A stretch of 64,000 bases of DNA from Blasia pusilla (Eukaryota): positions 24,428,001-24,492,000 of the forward strand of contig CM114271.1 of the NCBI GenBank assembly GCA_050084515.1, written 5' to 3'. The position numbers and the translations under genes are program-made. The notes under the pieces were generated by a model that did not search any database, was not told the origin of the DNA, and worked only from the letters and a program-made list of their open reading frames with translations. Shown one piece after another: positions 1 through 16,779 of the stretch. Position 1 is the stretch's first letter. Each line of letters opens with the position of its first letter.

Positions 1-24
1 AATTCTCTGAGAAGACCTCCTTTT

Positions 25-225
25 TCAATATAAAATTATTATGTATACTCTCCATTCTCTCACGACAGGTATCACAAATGGAAGTGCCAAGGCGATCACT
101 TCTTCGTAACATTGAACCCCGAAATTCCTAACTATAAAATCCCTATAAACTATTTTACGCTTGTATACGAGGAAGATAGCACAACTAGTATTAAACCCTA
201 CTTGAGCAGGCCTATTGACGTCCAT
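25..225 (-). CDS. LTR-encoded 66-aa small protein (ORF-b), copy 1
   Basis: ATG-to-stop ORF of 201 bp, the same length as homologs at 33702-33902 and 40329-40529. Divergence between LTR families is biased to synonymous changes. Confidence 0.6.
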   Translation of the reverse strand: MDVNRPAQVGFNTSCAIFLVYKRKIVYRDFIVRNFGVQCYEEVIALALPFVIPVVREWRVYIIILY

Positions 226-231
226 GGATTG

Positions 232-450
232 TTATATAAGGACATACAAAGTACAATCCCATGTCCTTTCATATGTGACGATAGGAAGGATCACCGGAGT
301 TGGAGATTGAATGATCTGGTTCATGAACGCCTCCCCAAAGTGATAAACTACATAGCGAGTGAACCTGTGCCTATCTACAAAGAGTATCTTGACATGATAT
401 GGATTAAGGAAAGGAAAGTCGGACACAACTCGTGCTCCACCCCTATCCAT
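232..450 (-). CDS. LTR-encoded 72-aa small protein (ORF-a), possible tandem paralog of ORF-b
   Basis: Same frame as ORF-b and ends 6 bp before its ATG. FTRYVVYHFGEAFMNQII resembles YRDFIVRNFGVQCYEEVI of ORF-b. Confidence 0.4.
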   Translation of the reverse strand: MDRGGARVVSDFPFLNPYHVKILFVDRHRFTRYVVYHFGEAFMNQIIQSPTPVILPIVTYERTWDCTLYVLI

Positions 451-1205
451 GCTTGACAGACATTTTCTACTCTCCTCAACAATGGGTTTTGGCGGAGTTA
501 TTCTCCGAAGAGGGGTAATCCACTCTCATTGGGAAAGTAACAAGCCAAAACATTCACTATTTTAATATGACTAAACTCCTCTAAGGTGACAACCCTCTCA
601 TCTCCACACACACATCACACTCTAGAAACCTCTCGAATAATAGACCATGGTCAAGTTACTCTCCCAAGAGGGGCGATCCGTTCTCATTGGAAGAGCAAGC
701 AATCCCAAAGTCATACACTCAAGAGTGACACGAAAGACTCAAGATGTGGAATAGAAGGTGATGAACCCTTGAAGGTCCCTCCTCTTTATATACTCACAAG
801 AGATCCACAAGAGTACGAAATAGAGCTAATCGTATCTTGTGCCACATGGCTTCCTCTCAAGGCTTAGCCAATCGCATTTTGACACAAATAGATTTCCTCT
901 TATCTCTTCCAAAATATCCTCTTTTACCCACTTGATATTTTCCAAATTACCCCAACTAACCTAGCCACCAACCAAGCCTACTTTTGCTTTTCATTAAAGC
1001 ACCGACCTCACTACTTTACTTTTATAAAGTCATCTTTTATTTATTACCTCTTTTCTAAAGTTAGGCCCGCATAAAAGAGGCACCATAAAGAGGTTTAAAC
1101 ATGGGGATTTATTTTTCCTAAGCTAATTTACTTAATACTAATAAAACTCTATCTAACACTTAACGAGGAAGGAGTTTACACACTGGCTGATTTTACTATA
1201 CGACA

Positions 1206-4200
1206 AGGTCATAACATTGGAAGCAGAAAATAAAGGAGTGGGGCATACAACAGTGGTTGCCCCGAACAACGTGCTCGACACATGCTCCTCCTGAACATCA
1301 GCAATAGGAGTCATCGCACTTGCTTCTCCCATCGCCCTCCGTGCATGCACACCAACAATATCACCAACACTCCGGGAACTCTGATCAGGACCCATCGATG
1401 GGGTCCTCATCGCCTCGGACAATGTGAAAGACTGAGGAAGCCTTGTCTGTTTCCTAGCTTCCCCTCGCTGTGGATCCAACTATGCGGCTACTCCATACGT
1501 AACAACTGCGGTGGCCTCCATCTGGGCAACCCCGCACATCCAACCAGGATCCTCCATATCTCTAGCTGCTCCATAACACGTTGATGCCACGGATCCGACA
1601 TCGAGTAACCTAAATGCCATGTCGGAAATCTACTGTTGTAGTTGTTGTATCTGAGCAACTATCCCAACCTCACGCCCGACGTCTCTCTCAACGCGTCTAG
1701 GTGGTGGAACTCTACCTCCTCCACGGGCAACTCAAGTTCTTTGTTCCCCAACGGGACCACTGGGTGCACGACCTCTAGGCCCACCCAGACCGGCAACTTG
1801 CTCTAGTGTCCTCTTTGGCCCTCATTCTGGACATACCTCACGGTGCAAGCTGAAACACGTGTCACGTGTGTGACTGTACCTCTGAAAATAGTCACACTGA
1901 TAACCTCCTGGTGCAGCACCATCTCCTCCTTCATGTTAAGGCACGCGTCCATGACCCTCACAAGTGCAATGATGCTGGTGATAGGCTCCACCACATGCCC
2001 AACAAACAATCATGGGCGGATGCTGCTGATCCGCATATGAAGGCTCAGGTCTTTGTGGCACGGCCTTCTGGTATCCTACCTGAGCTCGTGGTGCCACAGA
2101 CCTATCTCAGAATCCACGTTGCAGCATTGGTGGTGCAGACAATTGTGACTGCTCTCGCCCAGAACCCATGGTGGCTACGCTCCCCTTCGCCATGTTGCGC
2201 TCAATATTCTCGGCGGTCCTGAAAACATCTCTCAATTTAGGTAAGGTGTTCATAAGAAGCACTCCCTCCCGCACCCGTGTTTGTAGGGTTCGGTCTAGCA
2301 TCGCGTACCATGATTGGATAGCCTAGGACTCTATCACCCCCTGAGTGATGTTAATCAACTGACGCAAGTGAGTGTAGGCCTCACGCAGACTCTCACCAGA
2401 GCGCCTCTAGAAGTCGTGGATGCTTCACAACTTTTCCGTCTGTACCCCCTGGTAGTTCGTCCGCAACTCAGTAGAGAACTCAACCACGGGGTTGAACTTG
2501 GGATGAACTCGACTGGACAATGTAGATGCTCCAATGTGAGTTACCCCTCCCAAAACATCACTAGTAGAAGAGGAAGTAGCCTCACCTCACTCTTCCTCCT
2601 CATCTGGGAAGAGCTCCGTCCATGACACATAGGGTGGATCATCGTAGAGTCGCCATGCCTCAATCTCTTGGGCATTTCTATAGGAGAACTCATGGTAATT
2701 GTCCATGGGTGCCTCCTCCAAATTTTGGAACATTCCGTTCCATGCTGTAAACGGGTTGAACTGTCTAGAGTTCCTAGTCCGCTATGAGTCACACCAACTC
2801 CTAAACTTTGCAATGAAGTCATGTAACTCTATAGTGCCGATAGCACTCGAAAACTTGCGCGGTCCTCTACTTTGGTTGTCCATCTCGTACGCCCAACTGG
2901 TAGGACCACTCAATGTGTGGAGTGATGCACTAACAAACCCCTCTACACTCTCCCTCTTGTTCGAAGACAACATAGAAGGAGATCGCAGTGATCTCTCACG
3001 TGGAGACCCTCGAAACCTCACGCCATGACGAAAACCCTCTAGAGCTACTCTCAGATCCACCACCTTGGGTCTCAAAGTCCCAAAAGGATGCCGTGATGAC
3101 CCTCATGCCCCTCTCACATGGTCACTCTCAACCTTGCGAGTAATCGCTCAATCACTTAAGCTAACCATGCGGCACTCAATCTACACTCTCTCACTGAGAC
3201 GTGTGCTGTGTGGCAACAAGCGGCGTGGTGCGGAAAATTGACTATTGTCTTATCATCTCATCCGAAAAACATAACGTCAACTCTGGACATCCCACACAGG
3301 TCTATGTCCCCTAAACCCACATATCAATGGTGCTCTCAACATCCGCACGAAACCCAATATCCCAAATAACTACCCAATACCCGTAAATCCCTAGCACGTG
3401 CAGGGAAAAGGACCAGAATGGATAACCTAATAATAATGTCGATTGCTCCTGAGCAACTGGAAACCTCGATCCCAACTAGATCATAAAGACAAAATCCTCC
3501 AAATAGCACGTCGTACTCCCCTAGCACAGACGATGCTCAAATCTCCTTGATGTGCGGTGCGGATCCAACGATACGGTGTGGCACTAGCGGCACGGAACGG
3601 CTACAAACGACATGGCACGGCACTCAGAAATAGGATGCGGCACTCAGAAAAATACCCTCCTCAATCAACAAAACACAATATGATCCACAAGGATGGTGCG
3701 GATTTGCGATGGAGATGGTGCGGTACGGCCACAAGCGGCACGGTGTGGCAATTGGCGGCACGTTGCAGCTACAAGCATCCCGGAACGGTAGTTGATCTTT
3801 ATCGAGCGGCTACCAATCACAAAATATCAAAGCATAAAAGAAATGGCGACCCCATGACTCCAAAAAGGTCATCTTCTAATCAACAACGATGAAGAACGTC
3901 GTCGAGGGCAACCAACGGACGGAGTAAGGACGGCCCGCATGGATGGTGAAAGTCAATAGTAATTACGATATCTTTCATATGGGTAAAAATGGTTCTATTT
4001 TGACCTTATTCAAAATATCAAGTTTTTTTTTCCCACTCCACTAACTCCTTAAACTAAGGGTCAACTCACTAAAATTACTCACATTTGGCTTATAGTCCAC
4101 TAAGCCCCATGATTATTAGGTCAACACCCACTAAATAAAGTTTCCACTCACTTTAACCTCAAGATCTTAAGTTTCACTTGTCCTTTCCCCAATAATAAAA

Positions 4201-4614
4201 AATTTTAAATTTTTTTCTACCTCTACTAAGAAGTTACCAAGAATTTTGAAATTTGTTCCTTTCTCACGCGGTGGCTATGGCAACTTCACAAAAATGATCA
4301 TAACTTCTTGGTCACATGTTCAAATTGGGCATCCTTTCTTCCACAACTTCCATAGCTTCTTGATCTACAACAACATGAAATTAGTTTATTCATTTGACCT
4401 TCCCATAAAAACAGAGTGGGATTGTCGTGCAACTCTTCAATTATACTCCTACAAAAAATTTGGTAGTACTCCGCTTTGATTTCTCCCAAAAAAACTTGCA
4501 AACATGTAAACACAACAACCAGTAAGCTATAAGGTACTCTCGAGAGCAGCAGCATAGAGCAACCTGCCCCCATACTCAATTTCTAACCAAATTTTGGCAG
4601 CGCTTGCTTGGCCA
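1206..4614 (-). mobile_element. Second, truncated copy of the methyltransferase-carrying gypsy-type element (5' non-coding region, gag, zinc knuckles)
   Basis: Collinear reverse-complement homology to about 41221-44600, except an unshared stretch at about 3800-4240. Shared translations: ELHDFIAKFRSWCD, MLDRTLQTRVREGVLLMNT, CWACGGAYHQHHC and DPQRGEARKQTRLPQSFTLSE. Confidence 0.88.
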
Positions 4615-5125
4615 CTCTTGTAGCACTTATATCCCAAAATTCCATAAGCATAACCAATGAAGATACATCTTTCAAATTTGGGGTCTAATTTCTATCGTCT
4701 TTCAGAAAGAACATAATCATAATAAACACAGCCAAATACTTCCAAGAAGGAAAAATACGGTTTCCTTCCTATGAAGAATTTGAATGGAGTCTTATCATGA
4801 ACTATTGTTGTTGGAGTTCGGTCGATTAAGAAAACTACGCACGCTATAGCCTCTGCCCAATACACCTTAGGCATGTTCTTTTCATTCAACATAACATGTG
4901 CCACCTCAACAATAAGTCGATTCTTCCTCTCAACCACGCTATTTTGTTGTGGAGTGTCATAGCAAGTCACTTGTCGTTGGATACTATTTTGATGTCAAAA
5001 GTCATCAAAATTTGTTGAAAGGTACTCTTCTCCTCCATCACAACGCAATTTGAGAAATTATTTTCTAGTCTGCTTCTCTACCAGTTTAAATGTCCGATGA
5101 GCTTGACTATAACTCAGTCTTCAAA
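4615..5125 (-). mobile_element. Ty1/copia remnant: integrase core fragment joined to a short LTR 5' tip
   Basis: ORF 4692-4970 reads TPQQNSVVERKNRLIVEVAHVML...YWAEAI...FGC (copia integrase). 5098-5122 (TGAGCTTGACTATAACTCAGTCTTC) matches the copia LTR at about 47367-47391. Confidence 0.85.
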
Positions 5126-8100
5126 AATTGTAAACATGACAAATATATAAGTATGTTTGATCTTTAACATGAAAAACATATGAGTATGTTTGGGTGCAAG
5201 TCAATGAGTGGTCTACTAGATGCTAGCTTTTGCAACACCAATTTTCAAGAGAGTAGATACACAATAATACCACATATAATTGAATTGTGATAGTAGCATA
5301 ATAACAATGGAAACGTACTTACGTGTCAACATAAGTCAATTCTTAGAAATTATTAAAGTGCACAACAATTTTTTTGCACGAGATTGATAATCATCTCTCT
5401 CAAAAAGGAAATTTTTTTCTCTCTTATTATGGATGTTATGGAAATATTTTATTGCTTTCCCATTGTTATATGTGAAGAAAGAGGTGTTTGAAAATTAAGA
5501 AACTATCCTCCCTTAGCTTCATAACAGAGATCAATTTGGTTTACTATTCAAAATTTCTTTTGAAATAATATCTAGTACATTACTTTTAGAGAAAATATTT
5601 ACAAATCAATTCTGATTTTGAGAGGAGTCTTTTCTTATGAAGTACATGGCCATTCCTACTAAGTTAGAATGAAACTTTTATTCGGGAAGTAAAATGATGA
5701 AGGGAGACTAAACTGAAGGATATGTAAACAAGAAAAAAGTGGTTGTTAAAAATCACACATAAGTGTTTGTCAAATTTCATTAGACTCTTCCCTAATCTCT
5801 TAAATAGCTTCATAAAGTAGTGTGTGGTCCATAGTTAAAGCTTGTAGAATCCTTTTGTACCTAGATAGATCAAATTTGTTATAATCAAGACATATAACAT
5901 ACTAGTATAATGCTTGTGCTATGCACGAGTGAAAATCATCTGTGAGAAAGACATCTTGATCGTTAATTTAAGTTCTGTTATGATAATTTAGTTCTTTGTT
6001 ACATGTGTCATCACGGGAGGAGGACACAATGTATATGTGTCATCATCAAAGGAAGGGTCCTCAAACCCCATCCTCTTTTAATTATATAGATAAAAGGTGG
6101 TGACCAAGTTCTATGAGGTATTGAAAACCTCAAAATGGACATCGCGCATAATAGGAGGAGCCATAGATTTTGAAACAAATCCTTTTTGTATTTTAATCCT
6201 TTCATAGCTATTGGCTTTCATTTGTATCAAGAAACCAATCATAGGAGTGATTGATGTGGAGCCTTAGGGACTTCATATCTAGTACAGAGTACTCATGTAG
6301 TAACAGCTCTTGAGCCAATGAAGCAAGCTCAAGTCACAAGAATATTTAAAAACAATATTTTATTTTGGATATGTCTAGTCATTTGTGTAGATATGTTACA
6401 CAATTCATACGATAAATAAATCTTAGACATGTGTTGATGATAGCCAATGGATGTTGATTAATGACGTATATTTATACAACATGATGAATACCATCATAAT
6501 GTCTAAGACTTCAACTCAAGATGAAAGAGAGATCTTTCTTAGTTCATGAATACTCTTATGGTTTGAATAGTATAGATGAGGGGTTTGAAAAATATTTGCA
6601 AATTTTCTCATGAATCCACATGTTGGATTCTCAACATCCACTTCTCTAAGCACCATTAATCTGATCGGCCCCCTTGTATGAGGAGAAGCCTAGATTGATG
6701 GTTCCGACTTAGACGTCGAAGGAGTCATAGTAATATGACGTAGGTGGTTTTAGGAGTAGCGTTACTAGGTTTATCTAACCCTATATTGCATCACGTGCGA
6801 GGCACCCTGATGCGTCGCGGGGGTTCGGGGGCAAAAATTTTATATTAATAGAAATGAATAAAAATAGGTTAAAAACCCTAGTTTTCCCGAGTAGTCAAAT
6901 AGTCGAGAGCCGCAACGGTAGTGCATTCTCGTATGTCGAGTTATCTCCATGTTCAAGTTCCATCGAAGCCCTTCTGTGAGCGCACGGACGGACTAGGCCA
7001 CTTTGTATCTCCAAGTTTTGTAAAGATTTCAGCGATTTCGTCACTTTCTGTTTTTCTCACACCACATACAGATTGTCCTTTTGGAAACGGTGATTTTTTT
7101 TGGGTTATAGAAGATGATTTATGAACTAGTGTGAGAGGATAGACTAATTTAACAAGAAGAGACAATGAAATAAAGAAATTTCTTTCCATGGAAATTGAAT
7201 CAAAATTTTCCAAGAGATAAGAAAATAATTAATCCTTTATATTCTTATTTCATCCCTTCAAGCCTAAGGCTTATAAAAATATAGAAGAAAATATTTTCCA
7301 ATTTTCAATATTGTATATTTTTTTAAACTCTTATATTTAATCATTCTTATTAATGACACGATGCTTTAGGAAATCCATCAAGAATAATTAAGTCTTGGAC
7401 GCACAAACTAGGAGGGACTTAACATATGAATCATAATCTTGGGTTAACAGAGCATACACTTTTGTGAGAAATTTTATGCTTCTCAATTCCTCTTGTGTCT
7501 CACAATTTGGACCTTTAGAACTTTCGTGGTTTCCTAGTCTCATAATGAGTTATGTTAAAGTTTTCAAATGATAGTTGGTACACATGTGGAGTTCTAACGC
7601 CTCAATGGTGTAGGGAATGAATTGGTTGTTTGGGCATAACTTTGTCTTGGGATCGGTGTTTCCAAGAATGCACTTTTTTCTAGTTATGATGTGATAACTT
7701 GTTGATTGAGTCAATGATCATTGAGTAACCTATGTGCAGGTGTTGCGATTTGTTTACTATATTTTGGAGGAGGGCTCTTTTGGCTCATCACAAGGGTATA
7801 AGAGATGAGGAGATGGATTTTAAGAGCCATCCTTCTCATGTTGAGCCTAGGAAGCTCTCTTTTTTCTAAGGTTTGGTAGGCACTTGGTGTTGGAGTAAAA
7901 ATTTCATTATTGTAGAGGGTGAATATAACTTAATGACAATCTATAAATTAAAGTTGGTCATATAGGCCATTTTTACTTTGATATTATTGTGAAGTCTTGG
8001 TATATATGTATGAGTATATTGTTTGTTTACTGATCTTCTTGTGTGTTGGAAAGTTCGATGATGTTTATTATCTGGATATAAACATCGATGTAGATTATGT

Positions 8101-8549
8101 AGTGATGTGTATGCACACGACAAGATTCCATTTTGGTTTTTCTCAACAAGGTCGATCCTCCTTTTTCCCACAAACATAACTCGCCTCTCGGGATGTCACT
8201 AGCAATTGCACAATATGAACTAACATCAACCAAACATATAGGAGAATCCTCGAGCTCTTTGTATTTCTTTCTCTTACTAGTGTTGTAGTACAAAACCTAT
8301 TTCACTCTTGTAAGTATATTCTTTGACAAGTGCAGATTGCTTACCAATTGACTTACAAGAATGTATTTTTATTATTAAGAGTCTTACCCTTACATCGCAC
8401 GGTTGGATCGACTATTTTATTTGAGAACCATACACATTAGTTAAATGTGACACCATAGATGTTAGAGTATGTTAGACTTCATGGCCTAAAGTTTTGAGCT
8501 TTGTAGATGTATCAATTTCAGAGTTCTCTACATCATCCATAATGCCTGC

Positions 8550-11500
8550 ATTTTGAATCACAACATCAACATTAGTGTCTTCCTTCATCACCCATTCATC
8601 TATACAATTTAGATCATCCTCTGGGTCTTCCCATACATAGAAGTCCCCTTCTAGGCATGGTCCAATTGTGGTTACATGCTATGTTTGCTCCTCATAATCA
8701 TCAACAATAGCAGCCTCAAGCATAATACTTGGATTAGGCCATGTCTTAGCTTCTACTTCTCAAGGAGAGATCCACTACCTCTTTCTCCCTATAGGCAATG
8801 AACTTCTTGGAGACATTTATAACCTACACAACAAAACTCTGGCTGCCTGCATCCAAACCATCCTTAAGAGCATTGAAAGCTAACTCATTGGAAGATACTA
8901 GAGAGTAATCTAATAGATTATGTGCACATTCACTTTCATCCAAAGGATACAACATGAGACACTTGGTCCATGTTTCCCCAGACATGGTCTTGCTTCTTGT
9001 GGGAGCGGCCAACCTTTACGCCCTTACTCCACAATCCAGACTTGTAAGAAAATTCATAACAAAAACACTATCCAAAATACTTCCAAAGTCATCGCTTCTC
9101 TTATGGCCACTAATGCCCCCTACCTTGCTGAAAAATATCTCACAATAGTCAAAACTCAAAAATCAAATGAAACTTGTACATATGGAAATTTGTCTCGAAA
9201 TGCATAAATCAACAACACAATAAAATGACAAGATATGTTAACATCATGGAAAGCTTGAGTAGATATCATGTTCTTCTTTGTGAGAGGTGCAACATCGCCA
9301 CCAACAGAGCGGTCACCATATGTCAACCAAAGCTTCCACAAACGAAAAAAAAAACCATGAATTTTTTGAGACTAGAACCACATGAGCCCTTTAGTCATGC
9401 CTTGGGGAAAAGAAAACATCAATTTAATCTGCAACAATCTCCAAGTACAAGTGAGTCCTTAAACTTCTTTCATGATATACGTCTACTCGTTCAAATATGA
9501 TCTACAAACGTGCTTGCACTTGCCTTGCAACAATCCGTTGGGGATAAGCCCAATTTTTTCTATCAGTCTTATTCATATCATCCTAGTTCAAGCCATGCTT
9601 ATAATTAGGATAATGGTTATAAACATTAGCCACATAAAATAATCCTATATGCTGAGCTCCCAAAACCAGTGGGGAAGAAACTCTATCCATGGGGTTTATC
9701 AATTTCTTTCCATTCTATAGTAGATCTTGATCTCCAAAGCCATACATATCACTATTTGGAAGAACTGAGATAGAGTATTGCCAACCTTCCCACCCAACTC
9801 CATACATAGGGTAAGAACCATGTTTTCCTCTATAATCCTCTAACATCGACTTTCTGCGACGAGCATCACCATCTTTTTCATGCCCCAAGACATGACCAAA
9901 AATTGCTCGACAATATTCATCTCACATAACTTTACACTCTTCCCAATGCTCTCAAACTCAGTCTGCAGTGAACTTATTACAAATTGCACTGACACATAGT
10001 GCCAATTTGGGCAGAAACACATGTAAAATATTCACAATGATTACTCTAGCATACTGCCCCTTTGAGTACTCCCCAAAAGTACTTACAATTGTTTCATATC
10101 CCTCGTAACCATCCCCAACAAGTACTTCAAGTCTAAATGGGCATTTGTGTTGTTTTCTGACCCACAAAAACCAATCAAAGTGTTATTTGGCCTCCCTTCT
10201 AATAAAAACAAAAAATGATATTTCCTCCCATGATTTCAAATATTTAGATTTTCAATTGAATATATAGTTCAATCATGCACATGCACAAAAAGAGTAGCAT
10301 TCCACATTTGCACTCACCGTGGGCTTGCTTTGATTCGAGTTCCATCTTAAGAAAATATAACTAGTACATCATCCTCAATACCAAGGACTCGCTTTGATGC
10401 ACCTAGTACTCTTGCCACTTCCTTGAATAATGCAGATCTTAGCCCAACACGAAAAGGAGGGAGTTTAGCCCTATCACGTTTAAGGGTCTTAAGGCCTGGC
10501 CTAGCTAAGTTCCTAGTAAAACAATGAGCCACTTTTCGATCATCAAATTGCAACGATGCTTGAGCTATAGCCTTTGTTTGCTTGTTGTAACGGGCACCCT
10601 TAGTAGATCTTTATAAGTTATGAGCTTTATCATGTAGAAAACCCCTCTTTCCCACCAAAAGCACCATTCTTATTGCCCATTCATTATATTCCTAAGAAAG
10701 AGTTTCAAATCCTTCCTATCTACAACTACTCCTAACAATTCTTCTAATTTTTTTGATACTCAAGACATACAATTTTTGAGGTTGTTGTGCAAGAAGCCAA
10801 CGCTTTTTTCTGCGTGTTCAGTTCAAATTGTAGACTTGTTTTGTGAGCTCATGTTTGGTCAAATTTTCCAATTTCAATCCACTTTATGTATCCCTCTCCC
10901 GTATGTGCACGAAAGCTTTCGCTTCCCCGTAGATTTGCTGCAAGTCAAATTTGTATATCCTCCTCCATTGAGCCATAATCTACAGCACAATTCATGTCTA
11001 AAACAACCTTGTATACTCACCACAATATCTATAGATGGATTGAAAACATGGACAATAATGATTAGCTTATAATCTCACATATTGCCTCCACGTTGATCAA
11101 CCAAAATTCCTTGAACGTTCATATCCACTCCTTTTTTCCGCCTAAACTTTTCTTCCCATAAGCCCCACCAAAGCAAACTATTTCCATGATCAATCTGTGC
11201 CAAGTTGCCAACCCATCTATGTACCTACAGCTCCGTGCTTGGGACCTATCCTCCTTGATGAATTTGAAAATTTAATTTTACAAGGAATATTCGTCATTAG
11301 GATCAAACTTCCTAGGTCTTCCTCTTTTACCAAACTTCACCACAATATCCTTAGATATCTCTTTGGTCTCTAATGCGTCCAAATGATCATGGCTAACTAG
11401 ATGTGTTCTCAAATAATGCTCCAAGTCAGCTTTCTGAGACACAACTCAATGTGCAAATTCCCACACATTGTGCATCTAACCCTAAGCAAGAATTACTTCT

Positions 11501-12300
11501 TTGCATACTCAAGAGTACTAGGAGATACTACCACAATAAATACTATGTTGTCACTCCCACCCTCCACATTCAACCGCTCGACCATCTCTAAACCAAATGC
11601 AATTGGTTCACCATGATTGAATGTTGTTCTTTACGCAAGAGACTCTACAATGACCAATCCAAGTGGCAAACACATTTTCCTATAATAATTCTCCATGTGT
11701 TTATTAGATGTAATATCCTTTTTCCTGAAATTTATAAATCAATTTGAAAGAAGTTTGGGATTCTGAAAAGCATTGGGTTTACCATATCTGGGCATACACT
11801 CTAAACAATCCAAATGTCCAAATATCTCAATCCCCTCATCTCATGTTATGAATTTCTAATTATGGTCGTTGTATTCCTCCTTGTCTACGTGCTTCTGAGA
11901 TCTTTTGTATTAATCTTTCCATTGTTTATCAGCGGCTTCATACATTAGTACTCACCTAAAAGAAGCACTCTCAAGGGAAGGGATTGGTTGTCCCTAAACA
12001 AGAGTAGATTTAGTGGAACTCACTCAATCCCTCGTAGTAGGCATAGATGTTTGGTATTAAATCACACAAACCTTTCTTTTCAGTTCAAAAAGCTCAATCA
12101 ACTTCTCCACACAAATTTTCACTCCTCTTGGCAACCTATCATCCCAAAGATCAAAATCAACGACCTCCCCATATTTAAGCCTTAAATCTGCAAGATTTTG
12201 TCCCTCTTTGATGGATAGAACACATATGGGTACGTCAGCCTTACCTTCCCCTTATGGAGTACTAGTCTAACATAGTTGGTCCTTGGAGTAGCCATTTCTT
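8550..12300 (-). pseudogene. Degenerate DNA transposase with a P-element-like DD/E motif order, preceded by zinc-finger-like and AT-hook motifs
   Basis: Minus-strand fragments in order: CLEC (about 11800), VRCTMCG...THLVSHDH (about 11390-11480), FGKRGRPRK (about 11308-11335), IFS*DGTRIK (about 10330-10360), LIGFCG (about 10160-10180), GHEKDGDARRRK (about 9850-9885), DQDLL*NGKKLINP (about 9690-9733), FDYCEIFFSKVGG (about 9115-9153). Many stops and frameshifts; boundaries approximate. Confidence 0.5.
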
Positions 12301-13549
12301 ATTTAGACTAGATGTTATAAATGCCTAAAATATGGTTCACTTCTCTGTAATGAGGGACGAACATTTATTTGTCAAGAATCACAACAACATACAATACATG
12401 GGGCTAGTTAGGTTTTTCCAAACAAACCTTATGCACATAATATTCATATAGTACACATGAAAAATTATACTTACAAAATAGGCACATTTGTTTTATCCTT
12501 TAGCAATAGCATTTTTTTGACAAACCCAAAAGTTAGAGTCCTCATCAACTCATGAGAAAATTATGAAGTCAACCTTACATTACTTTGTCTTTTAACTATG
12601 TACTTGTTAAAAAACACCATCTGCCTCTAGAATCCAATGGAAATTATGTATAGGTTTATTCCTATACCCCTAACAATATTTTCCTACCAATTTTAATTTC
12701 ATATGGTTTTCCAAGTCTCATTGTATGTCAAACCCACAAAATATGATCTCTGACTATAGTGCCTAGTGTAAGGTCAAGATCATAGTTAGGATGATAGATC
12801 ATCCAACGCGTCTGATCATGTGTTGTGTGATACCAAGCTACTCTATCACTAGCATACCCACATTTTAGGATCTCCTTCAGACAACCAATATGCCAAGTAG
12901 TTGGATATCTCAAACACCACATGGCATCATGTGCCAAATGCTCATCAACATGTTCCTATGTGACATGATAAGGCATGGTAAGGCAAGCATCTATAGTAGT
13001 AAAATCTCAAACAATACGGAAGAGGATATTTCTTGATGACACTCGAGCATATCGGAAAGACATAATGGAAGTTAAAACATATTGCTCTCTTAGTTTCACA
13101 CTAATGATAATACCAACGATTGTGCATTTTCTCTAGTGGAATGACTATAGTAAGGCAAGAACCAATTCTCTTTCCAACATAGTGAAAAAAATTGGAACTG
13201 GCAATGAAAGGGCCCATCACAGATCACCAAATCCCCATGAAAATCACATATGGCACAAATATGTGGATTGCATTATTTTAACTCCACGTCTGAAAACGCA
13301 TAAATGAGAGGAACTTCTTTAGATGAAAAGAACCCCTCCCATTTACAAAACTTCATTGAAGTGAGGGTTGTTCATGAATTTTTGCTTCTTCCTAGGTATT
13401 GTGTGTGTCAAACATAAAATAAACAACATGAAATAGTTATTGAGATAAATAGTTTGTCTAACGTATCTAGAAGCATGTAATTTTAACCACAAAACTCATG
13501 AATGTCCTATATCTGTAACACCGACCCACTATTCACTAATAAATTTTTG

Positions 13550-16480
<2,931 letters not shown>

Positions 16481-16779
16481 AAAGTTACAAACAACTTAGT
16501 CCAATTATGCTCTACTAAGAGATCTTACATCAAAGAAACATCAAAAACCACAAATAACTTAGAAAAACTGAAGACAACAAAGTGTAAATGGTTTACTTTT
16601 ACTAGAAGCTATATCCACAAGAAACCACTATAAAGTCTTTATAACAAGATAAAGACCACAAAAAATGAAGAGAGAGGCCTTCCAACACTTGAAAGTCCTA
16701 AAAGCAGGACCTAATGGAGCACACTCGAGTTAAGCCAACACTAAATCCTACAACTAAGATCCCCTTAAATACTCCAAAG

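Larger units (their letters stand above)
1..1205 (-). mobile_element. LTR of gypsy family A (cut by the window edge), inserted into a copy of the methyltransferase-carrying retrotransposon
   Basis: Reverse complement of about 32666-33926. Begins TGTCGTATAG on the minus strand at 1205. Sequence from 1206 onward matches the internal region of the element at 41221-47083. Confidence 0.92.

Noticed and set aside
112-456. 114-aa plus-strand ORF antisense to the LTR ORFs
   Set aside because: Conserved start, stop and synonymous pattern support the opposite strand; this frame is likely a shadow.
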